Positions 13,390-25,300 of a stretch of DNA of 64,000 nt are shown one piece after another. Below the pieces are notes generated by a model. That model was not told the origin of the DNA and searched no databases. It saw nothing but the letters and a program-made list of their open reading frames with translations. Numbering within the stretch: the first letter of the stretch is position 1; the number at the start of each line of letters is the position of its first letter. This DNA is from Phoronis australis. Lineage: Eukaryota; Animalia; Phoronida. The position numbers and the translations under genes are program-made. Location of the stretch: NCBI GenBank assembly GCA_002633005.1, contig NMRA01000275.1, positions 333,827 to 397,826 of the forward strand, given 5' to 3'.

Positions 13390-16300
13390 ATGACTGAGTA
13401 CGCCCTTCATCATGTAGTATCGTCATCCCAGAGAGTTCAACGGCTGCTTGTTTCTAGGATGTTTCCTGGCATTCTTCAAAAACCACCAGAGCAAAGTGGA
13501 ATGAGTTGTAAGAGTCAAAAGGTAAGTTGACTACTTGAGGAAAAATAATTCTAGTTGGAAGCCTTTTACCCTTGTTCGTTTAGTATATTTAAATTCAACT
13601 TGAAAGCATGGCTTGACATTAACAGTAGCTCGACAGCATGTACCTTTTGTAATAGGGCTTGTGAAATTTTATATTCCCATGTCAACAAGCTAGTTCATTT
13701 CACACACAACAGAAGTTGAATAATGGTGACAGGGCCCTCACTCACCTGAGGGGAAAGGTGTCTGTACCTCTAAAGGTTGAATTTTTGCGGGATTTTTTTA
13801 TAAGAGGGGTATTTTCGTGTCATTTTGTTATTGTACTGCTTTTTATGACAGTGATCTAATGTTTTCACAAGTATCAAAATACACTGTATGTCACTGTTAC
13901 ATTCACTGTGAAGAAGACCTATTGTCACATAGCTGATTCATCAGCCTACCTACGCGATGTATTACCACTGTCACACTGGTTGGCTTCTGAAGACCGTGGT
14001 TCATATTCGCACAAGCACAGAACAATGAGTTGTTAGTAAACGTCTATCGGGGATAATAACTTTGACAACTACTAAATATGCCACCACTAATAACACCTGA
14101 AAGTAAGTTAAGGTTTTCTAGGACCTTAATAAATGACTCTAATTCAAATATCGAAAAAAAAACTATGCTTTGTCAACCATTAAAAGCATATTTTCTGAAC
14201 GGAGGAAGATCCTTGACAATCATAAAGGCACAGTAGTAAGAAGCATATTTCTAAATTCTTGATAGTTTACCTTTCGGAAAATAATATACTTTCATTGGTT
14301 GATAAAGCATATTTAGACTAGAGTTTATGGTCATTTATCAAGGTCCTAGATATCCTTAAGTAGTGTCGGTTGTTCCACAGTACCCACTTTGCTGGCACAG
14401 TAATGAAGTGCTTTAGCTAAAGGTTTTTAATCTCTCACAACAGTCCTCAAATTTGACCATTCAATCATTGTTCCACCTCAGTGAATAGTCAAGAAGAGCA
14501 ATGCTGACTTTTTCTTTACTGACTGTGTTATTGACCACAGTGAATAATCCTGATAGCTACAAGTAACTGTTCAAATGTGGTTTGCTTGAGACTGCTTCTG
14601 AGGAGTGAAGAGCAAGTTCATCAGTGGAACAGTAGTAGCCTATTGTGGTAAAGGTCCTGTGACTAGAAGTGGCTGGGGGTGCTGTAAGCTGCTCTAAAAG
14701 GTTTGGGTACATTGTATTTGAGCTGTTGACTCACTTTGTCCTGGAAATAAACTGTTGCAATGGACCCAGAGAAACCATGCATGTCACAATGTGAAGAGGC
14801 ACTGTAAAAGTTCACAGTCAGGTACACTGCTGCCACTCCAAGAAGACTGTCTCAATCGTGAGAAATTCATCACAACAGTTTGGTCTATACACTGCTGTAT
14901 GGGGCAAGTTGTTATCACTCAGAGCCAGACACCATTCATGAAAGACCCTATGATTATTGGACAGATTACAAACAGTGCATTAAAACACCAAGTTGGTCAG
15001 CGCCATGCAATCTTAGCTTTTGTTTTTTACTGGAAAAGTCTTTGTTTAAAAATCTTCTGAAATCTCACTCTAAACTCTTGACCTTGTTGGTTGAATATTC
15101 TGCTGTTGATATCTTTTATGAGTGTATAACAGAATAAAAGTGCAACCATTAAGAAGACGGTGTTTCGGCACAATTTTTCAGGGCTACATTTTCTTTGGGT
15201 GGGCTCCATTATTAATTTTTGCTGTTAAACTTATCTCTCATAGTTTGCATAGTTGTTCTTGAGTTCAAATGGAATTTAAAGTGCCTAAAACTGTCATTAC
15301 CATATTCACCCTAATAGGCGCCCATGCCCCTATACGCTCCCCCTATGCGTTTTTAGACTTTTCTAAAATAAGCACCCAGTCCATGAATGCCATGCCATGT
15401 ACATGTGAAAAATGCCTTACCCACAGTCCTAAAATTCTACAGTAACGTCTTCAATTTATCAATAATATCCCACAGTCCTGAAAAAAAAATTGTGCGCAGC
15501 ATTTGTAGACCACGAACCTCGCCGCTATGTTGGTATTTAGATGTGACTATACACTTCAAACTTCCTTCATGCTTCAAAAGGAACGCAAGCGCGAATCGAA
15601 GACTAATAAAAACTTGACCTTTCTTTGGTTAAAAGCACGTGGTCAGGAAGCGCACACTACATTCAAGTACCTGTCATCGAAGATTAGTCTTCAGGAACTA
15701 TCTATTCGTGAAACGGGTAGCATAGCATCGGCAGGAAATAAATACTGGCACTTATTTCAGAAAGTTTCTAATACAACCGTAAAAACATTTGCGTTATTTT
15801 GTAAGGGGGAATTATCAAATTAGTCGTAATCGATGTTTTTAAAGTCAAAATGGCCCACTGTAGTGAACACTTCCGCATCCTTACACCCTCCGAATCTCCC
15901 GAAAAATATCTGTTAGACTGTCACGCATCCAGTCATCCAACAACACAATGACATCGGCCTTACCGAGACAATTCTTGAACGTAGCAGATGAGATCAACAA
16001 GTGCTAAATAAAACACGCTGTGCTTTACTGCTTGTGTTCATTTCCTTAGTTACAATGAACACCTAGATCATTACATCACATTTACTCTTTGACTGGCAAA
16101 TGAACTCTGATGATACGCACGCGCTCACTCACTCACACATACGCAGACGAACTTTAAAACCAACATCACGTGACAACGTTTGTTTGTCCTGAGATTTTTC
16201 TCGTGTTGTGGAGTACGATCTAGCACAGATTTGGACTTAATATGCTGTTAATTCCGACTCCACAGGAACTTAAAAATCCTAGGGATGCTATTTTGAAAAC

Positions 16301-19300
16301 TTAAGGAGGACTTTAGGTAGTATGTTGAATTGAAACTACAGTTTTGCTAAAAAATTCAAGTTGACCTATCGGCGATCGCAACGCATCAGTCGGCGAGTTT
16401 TCGCACTGGGATTTTCTGAAAAATGCTTGTTATTTAACAACAAAGTTTGATAGTAGTGCACTACAATTTTGTAGAAACCCCTTCATAGGTTGCAGATGAG
16501 TCACAGCATAAATTTGATGACTTCTAGCGTACGATTTCACCTGTTATGGAGACCGGGTTTCAACCACTTTTGGGCTATAATAAGTGCCCCCCCCCCTTCC
16601 TGAAGCGAATTTTCTAAGTGCCTTGGGCATTTATTAGGGCGAATACGGTAGCTTTGTTTTGGTAGGAAACTTTATGTCAATGTCTTCAAGCCATCCTAAA
16701 GTTGACTTCATCTCAAAAAGGTACTTGAAATCACCCACAGAGGGTACCAGGTCACTATCTAAGAACTGGATAAAAATTGGATTAGACATTATCATCATAT
16801 GCAATGATTACCTGCAAAATTTCATTTACCTGAATGTGTCAAGAGGTCTCCAAGATATGGCACTTTAAATTATTGGGTGCCACACTAACTTTTTTTTCTT
16901 TTGGTAGGCTTCTGACTTCAGAATTGAGTATTGTATTGTACTGAAAATATCTGTATGGATTAACAGGATGCCAAGCTGCCAGCATTCACTCAACAAATGT
17001 CATACCTGAACTGAGGGGATCCAAAATGCCAAAAAATGTGATTGCGAATCCTGAATTTAACTTTTGATTGGTACCAGAATATTAAATAAAAATAATCAAG
17101 GCACTTTAAATGCTAGTAATGCTGTTAACTTTAAAAAGTAAAATCCATAAATAAATTTATTTTGGTGGTTTGAGGTAATCTTAAAGTCTAGTTCATTCTG
17201 TTTTTGTTCCAGCTGATGCTATACTTTGGCCTTATCCAGCAGTCATGCCCTGGCACATTTCATCTCCTGCCCATGGCGGTACGTGCGTTCGAGAAGCTGG
17301 TCCGGCTTATAGACCGGCAGATGGACAGTGTTGGTGCACAGAAGCTTGTTATGCCGTGTCTTACCTCGGGAGAGTTGTGGAAATCTTCAGGTGGGTTTAT
17401 TTGAGTGTCTGATTCCGGGAGAGTTGTGGAAAACATCAGATGGATTTATTTATGTATCTCGGCAAATAGGTTTCTATTAAGGAGAAGACAACGCCTTCCC
17501 ATTTTCGGACAGGTTGGATGTTTCCTGCGCCACCTGGTGGCCATTTAAACATTTTTGCATAAGTTTTTATGCCTGCCTCTCTATCTGCCAAAGCACTCAA
17601 AGGACGATTATGAAAATTGACGGTTGTGTTCCTGATGTGGAGACCTTGGCTGATGTTGATTTTCAGATGTTTTTGACTATTCTGGTGCCTCTTAGGGGTA
17701 ATTTTGCTTTTTTGCATATACGACTGGAACGTGCACGCAAATTTCTTAACTCTGTGATTGCTTGGTCAAATTAGTTAGAAACACAACATATAGCGATAAG
17801 GCAGGTTGAAAATTGACAGTTTTTTACAAACGATTTGTGTGTTGAAAATCATCTGCGGCCATAAATCACTCAGCCATGTCTTGTAAGTGTGGTGATGTGG
17901 TGTTGGGGAATAACACTGATGCGGGTTATGTGAGCCTTCAAGGTACATTATTAGTGCTAAGGTCTCCTATTTGTAGAATTCTTTTTGTTCACACACTTAC
18001 AAGTTCTCAATGATGACAACTGCACTTTCTTTAGGGTATATGATGTTCAAGTAGCATTGTTGTTTAGTTCCTGCTGTACATTAGCATAGTTAGGTGCATG
18101 CAAATACATCTTTAATCCTTTGAAGGATCTTTGCAAAGTTTGGCAGATCAGGTTCTGTAGAGATGGCAACTGATGACGATGAGTTTCAGACCAATCGGAC
18201 TGTATCTGTCCCTATAGTGTCAATTGTTCTTTACATCTTCCTCTATATCTTAAGAGTTCCTTGGCTTATTTTTATGAAATTTAGCTATGAGTTGTATTTT
18301 ACAGAGACTACACCACCTTTTCAATTTGAATGGGTTTGACGCATCCTGCACGATCTAATGGACATGTTTATGCACCCACATATTTATATGTGGACGCATT
18401 ATGCCGTCATCTCCATCCGTCCGGCGTCCGTTCGGCGTCCGGCATCCGCTGCTCTAACTCCAAAACCCTTTGACATATGTTCATGAAATTTGGCACATAT
18501 GTTCCATTCATTAATGGAACGGCATGAGCGAAATTTCGGAGGGATCCAACTACCGGTGTGCTCCCTAGTGGCAATTTTAGTTTGTATCTTCAAAAGTCCT
18601 GAACTGATTTTCATAAAATTTGGCAAATAGGTATCTGTTAGTGAGATGATGTTACCTTCCTTTTGCGCCACCTAGTGGCATTTTTTACAGTTTTCGAGTC
18701 TGCTATGCGTTGATCTTGTACTAGTTTCTTACATCGGGAGAATTGTGGAATACTTTGTGTAGTTTTATGTGGGATGATCATGATATAGTGATTGGTCGTT
18801 TCATTGTAATGTGCATAAACTCTTCCCAAGTTCAAATAGACAAGGGAAGTTAAATGTTGATCTGTTGGATAGTTGATGTTAGCTTTATACAAACAATCGC
18901 TCACAAAGCATTTGCTTATATCCGTTTTTTGTTTGGTTGACTTCATTCAATGATTTATTGCAGTCACTTAGTTTAATATATGACATGGGTTAAATGTTTT
19001 TCAGAGTGTCTCATTTCTTCCTTTCTTTTTGTTGCTGAGTCAACTTCAAGTTTGGTTTTTGTATGCTGTTGATGTAAGAAAATGTTAGAATGTTGTGTTT
19101 CCTATGTCACATCAAAATTTTGAAGAGGTAAAAATTACAAAAACATTGTGTAGATACCCATTAGTGTCTAAGCATTGGAGTATTAACTATTAAATTCCTG
19201 TTTCATGTTGGGAGATTTTAAGTGTTACCTCTGAGGTACGTTTATGGTTTTGGCTCAAATGTGGTAAATGCAAAATACCTTTCTGTTTTTCAGGTCGCTG

Positions 19301-22300
19301 GAACACCACTGGAGCTGAGTTATTCACACTCCAAGACAGACACGATATAGACCACTGTTTGGGCCCTGTAAGTGGCTCCTGCTTATAGAAATTTCTTTTT
19401 CTTGTAATTGGCATGTGTTTACTTCCATCACTGGTAAATAAAATGCAAGACTTGTAAATGATAAAGTATGGCTGCATTCATTACCAACCTCGAGTAAGGT
19501 TTTGACAATCTATTGATTTGAATATCTACAAAATTAATGCATAGTTATAAGGCCCTTTCATACTGGCTTAACTCCTGTGTGAGCGCTGCATTGATGTAAA
19601 CTGCGAAGTTAACTGAACCGTTCATACCGGCTTTGGTAGTTAATGGACATTGAAGTAAACGGTAGTTGACGCTGTTGTCATCGAAGTAATTGCAAGGTAG
19701 CGCTGGTGCATCACCTGCAAGCTAGTAAGATTTTTTTAATGTGACAATTTGAAAACATTTACATATGCTAATTTATATAAAACTTATTTCTAATTGAATT
19801 GGTGATTATTCAAGAAAAATATAAGCAACTATTAGCGTTCACACTGCCCTTTAATTGTTGATGAAAACAGTGGCCCCTGGTGATAACTTCGATGGGACCG
19901 AAGTTGACAGTTCATACTGCACAGCAGCATTGTCGCTTCGCTGTTAAATCCACCTGACTGAGTATTTACTGCGAAGTTAACTGGTGCTGTTAACTTCGAT
20001 CCAGGACCGAAGTTAACCATTCATACTGACCGTAACTCCCCAAAACATCAACGTGGATGTTAGTATGAAAAGGCCAATAACACTCAAAGCTATGGTATAT
20101 CTAGTGGTGCTTAGGTAATATGACTTGTCACCTTCGGACATCCTGTTTCACATAATAGCGAGTGTCGAATATTTTCATTCAATTTTTGACGGTCACAAAA
20201 AAGTCGAGTGAGTTAAGCTTCTTGTTTTCTATAGATCTTCTGTGGTCGAATTGAAGTTTTCTAGTATTTTGCTCAATATAACTTTCTTGTATTTACTAGG
20301 ATTTGTGCATAAATAGACAAACAGTTTTCAAAATAGTTGACAGGTTTTTGTTAAAGTTATAGTAAAATACCTACAAGGAAACGAGATGAGAAATAAGTAA
20401 ACACATTTTGAAGTTAGCTGGAAACATTTGCTTCCAATGTCTCCAATTGTCAATGAGAAGAAAGTTAGTCAACTTTTTAAAAAAGTACTTTATTTCCATT
20501 GGAAAATGTAATTGTTACAGTATTTTGAACTTTGGTGTTTCGTAAGGTAAAAACTTATTAAATAACTTTTTTGAAATGAAATTTGAAGAAATATGACCTT
20601 GGCAATAAAGATGGTCGGTTACATGTAAGCGCCGAGAGTTACTCAAGTGTGGAAGTATGGCCTGTGTCTATTCCAGCTTGCATCTCTTTTTGTCAAGTTC
20701 ATAATGTATTACTCAGGAGTTACCTTTCTGTGTTACAGACCCACGAAGAGCCTGTCACCTCTCTGTTGGCTGCTCAGTTTCCACTGTCTTATAAAAAGCT
20801 ACCTATACGCTTGTATCAGGTATGTGTTTGAGCTTTTATGTCTGGTTCGTTGAACAATTGTAACACTGAGTTGAACTGAAGCACCTGGAAAAAGCCATGG
20901 TGTCTCTTAACTTTTCTCATGCATTGTACGATTGCCTAGTTTTGGAAAAGGAAGGCCACTGTCATACTTCTAAGCTCAATCGGTGAAGCCACGAAATGAC
21001 ACACTGCACCCCACCACCTTGTCAAATCTCTCAGTGTCGGCATTGCAACTTTGCTGGCCTTAGACTGTTGAATGTCAAAATAATTTTAGTGTAGAATGGA
21101 ATAATAAGTACTTCAGATATGTCAATCAATCCATTAATTTTAGCCAATCAGGGTGTGGGAAAGTGTAAGCAAAACAGTCGTCTTCCATCTCTGTCCCGCA
21201 AACTTTTGTTGCTAGCAGTGGTTTTTTCAATGAGTTTGGGACTCTTGTAGTGCAGATAAATAATAATGAATATTTGGTTTTTCAGATATCCAGAAAGTTC
21301 CGTGATGAGATGCATCCCAGGTTTGGTTTGTTACGCAGTAGAGAATTTGACATGAAAGGTACTCTCAGGAAATCGGATAAAATGTTATTAGAAGTTTGGG
21401 ATTGAAGTTAAAAAGTAAGGTTTTCTTGTTGTCACTTATTGATAGAAAAAGTAATTAACATACAGCTGCATTAGCTATGGACACTACTATTGTTTTCTTT
21501 GAAGTGACATTATCGGTGAGAAAAGAGATTTGCTGAAGTCTGCCTAAGTGCGGAATTGAACCTGCAACCCCTGCCGCCGCAGTCTAATGCTCTGGCGATA
21601 GAGTTAAATCCCTCTCAATAGATGGCAAAGTATTTTTTGCATATTCAACTGGTAATAAAAGTCACTGACCTTGATTTCAATGAGTGAAAATTTTTTCAGC
21701 CATAAAACTGATACTGTCCTTTTTAAGCCACAAAACACTCATTCTTGACATTTCTCTATGCTAAAAACACCTCCATTTTAGATAAAACACTTACTGCTTA
21801 AAACTGATCTAACTTGTTTTTTTTCATAGACAAAAATTCTGCATCAGCCTTAGAATGTCACTTCATGAAATTGAACTTAGTAAGTTGGACTGCTGAAGCT
21901 GCCATATATATGGTGACAACAATGTAACTGTTAGTAAGACTGCCAATACCTTATTTTCTACCTGAACAATGAATGAATGTATTTTCTACTTCATCCTTGA
22001 TATGTTGTGGCTCTAAACCATCTTCATGACAGTTCCCTGCTGTGAGAACAAGCATAAGATGTGACAACGCACCTCGTAAAAGACATTAATTCACTCGAAA
22101 TGTTCTACAGTTGTTTGAGACTGAGTAATGGAAACCTGAGTGTCCATAAATGTCCTTTCAATTGAAATTTTATGACTGTTTGCCTCCTTTTGTTTGGGTG
22201 TTGAGAGAATAGTGGTGTTGTAAGGGTTAGTACAGCTTGCACTGTGCTGTAATTGCGATAGACACAACTTAGGTTACTGAAAACCTTCATGCAATGTTTG

Positions 22301-25300
22301 AAGATGTCATTGTTATGGAAACCCATGAAACTTAAAATCCGTAATGATTACAAATTCTGTCTCCAATAATAATGCACAGAGATTTGAAATCACATGCGAG
22401 ACCATTTTTTTAATTTTGATTTTCTGTGGAGTTTGTACTAATTTCTGCACACAAGAAATCTTTCTCTCAAAGCTTACAAATTCTGTTCCTGTGTTCTATA
22501 ACCTGCATTAGTAATATGATTGTGTGGATTTTTGGTGATCCTTTTAAATTTCCAAACTTAAGATTGTTGATGTCTCCAATTTTAACATCCTAGCTCTCTG
22601 CTCAAGGGACCTTTATAGAAAATCCCAGGATTTTGTAGCCAATATTATAAATAAACAGAATTCACAACTTCTGTGTAAACAATTTCGTTTCGGTTTTGAA
22701 TTACAGAACTGAGAAGTTGTTTTTTATAAAAAAATGGCACCATTAGAGGCTAAACTTCAGTCAAGCATCATCAGTCACTATACAACCAATAAATGGTTCC
22801 ACAGCACACTATTATAGTACAGCACACTATTATAGTACAGCAATGATGTATATATGTTAATGTGTATATCGAGGTATAAATGTTCTCCAGAAAATTTTTA
22901 TTTGTTTTATTTCTATTAATGGTACATTTTATTCTTGGCCATTTTCAGATCTCTACACTTTTGATAGTTCTGAAGACACAGCCAGGGAAACGTATACTGA
23001 TGTTTGTGATGCTTACTGTAGGTTGTTTGATCAACTTCATGTGAAGTACTATAAAGGTAACAGTGCTTTGGCTAGAGCCTGGACTATGGTTTTAGGTGTT
23101 TTGGACCAGTCNACTTTGAAGTGGAATAATTGGGTGAGTAAGACAACAAGCCGGTTTTATGCTTAGGCGGACGACTATAGGGTTTCGGAGTGTATAGTAC
23201 AGCACACTATTATAGTACAGTACACTGTTATAGTACAGCACACTGTTATAGTACAGCACACTATTATAGTACAGCACACTATTATAGTACAGCAATGATG
23301 TTTATATGTTAATGTGTATACTGAAGTATAAACGTTCTCCACAAAAATTTTATTTGTTTTATTTCTATTAATGGTACATTTTATTCTTGGCCATTTTCAG
23401 ATCTCTACACTTTTGATAGTTCTGAAGACACAGCCAGGGAAACGTATACTGATGTTTGTGATGCTTACTGTAGGTTGTTTGATCAACTTCATGTGAAGTA
23501 CTATAAAGGTAACAGTGCTTTGACTAGGGCCTGGACTATGATTTTAGGTGTTTTGGACAGGTCTTCCTAGACCAACAAATTTGACCATAAATTTGGAGAA
23601 TTTCTTATTCCCTAAATTTGAGAAAAAAGATATGGCAAGTTCAGTATCAAAGAATGGGACCAGCAAATTAGCATTGTGTAGGACTTCAAAAAGTCACTGG
23701 ACTTCTGGTCCACACGTGTGATGACAAATATTCCTTGCGAAAGGTGCAAATAAAAGTTTATATGAACAAAAAATATTGCAGCATTTTCTAACAAGGCTTC
23801 TATGTGTGTTTCACTGTGTTCTCAGTTATATGCAATTTGGGCCCGCTCAACAATCTTCCTACTTCTCTCGTGTGCATGTTTATGGTGGGTAGCAGAAATT
23901 ATCCAGGTCAAGTATTACCTCGCTACTCTTGTAAATATCAACACATTTGACTAAAAATTATTGTCTTTAATGTCAATAGTCATTCACTTTAACTGAGAAT
24001 TATTTTTCTTTCAGTTGAAGGCTCAACAGGGAACATTGGTGGGTCGTTATCACATGAGTTCCACTTCCCAGCTGATATTGGTGAAGACACAATACTTGTC
24101 TGTAAAAAGTGTGTACTTCATATTACGTTCTGTCTTACAAAATCTTACAAAATTAATGTGTTTAAATGGGGTATTCGATTCCCAAAAAGTGTAGAAATCG
24201 ATGAGCAGAGAAATATTTTTTGCAGTCCTTAATAAATTATTTCGCTCCCCTCATTCTGCTGTCTAAGGTGTAAAGGTCTGTGAATTTTCTCCACCTTTCT
24301 TAAGTGGGGCATGATACTTTTTATGCAACATTAAACGAGATTTTATTTTTGTGTTCGGTTGCTCAAAACAAAACTCAGTTTTAGTTTCTGCCTCTCTTAT
24401 AAAAAGCATTTACTTTTTATAGAAAGCATTAATTTTGCCCTCTGACGAATCCATCTCTTTGGGTCAGTACTTTTTTCAAGTATTGCTTTTTGTTCAAGAA
24501 CTTTGGCTTGAGTCAGTGCTTCGAGTTTGAGTGTAATACTGCTTCTTTTCTATGGTTAGTGGGACTTTGTATTTCATGATCATACCTGTGCTTAACATAA
24601 CTTTGGTATTGTTTCTGGTTTCTCAAGTTCTTCATTTCTTGGTTTCCTAATACCTGTTTAAGTATGGACTTCCTATGGAAAGTTCCGTAAACCATCATTT
24701 TTCAGTTTCAAACTTTCAACAGTAACATTTATGAGTTTCTCCTATTCATACTGTTGATTTTTTTATTTCACTTAGGTGTGGAAAAAACTGGAACAAGGAA
24801 CTAAGCTCAGGTGAGGATTCACTCGGTCACTGTTGTTTCGTGTTGTTTGTCATCCCATAACACTGTCTAGAAGCTAATACCATACTCGTTCTGGTTACCG
24901 CTCAAGGGCGCTTAAATTGGGAATCTAAAAAACAAGGGGTGGGTGGTAAGCCAAGCATGTGCGGTTAAAATTGAAATTTTTGAAAAGTCTGAAGTGGGTG
25001 CTTACTGCACAAAGGACTGATTTTACCCTCGCTGAGCTACACTGACATTGGACTTCAAACATGTCAATTAAAATATACGTCGGCGGATCGAAGTAATGAA
25101 CTTCGACTGGCTGAAGTGGAGTAGGGCACATGATACAGTGGCGCCGTGATCCCGAGCGTGATTGGGTTTTTACGTACCTTGGTTGCTGCCCGTCATGTCG
25201 TGGAACTAAGGTATTTACAGATGAACGTGCCTTCAGTAGGGCAAGTTTTTTGATAGAATAGCAAGGTCACGCAAGACTACACTAGATCATCATGTATTGC

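Noticed and set aside
21540-21612. Functional tRNA gene
   Set aside because: No convincing acceptor stem or full cloverleaf; treated as a SINE-like remnant.
23092-23295. (YYNSVL)n repeat protein or CRISPR-like array
   Set aside because: Plain 18-bp tandem repeat with no unique spacers, in eukaryotic intron context.
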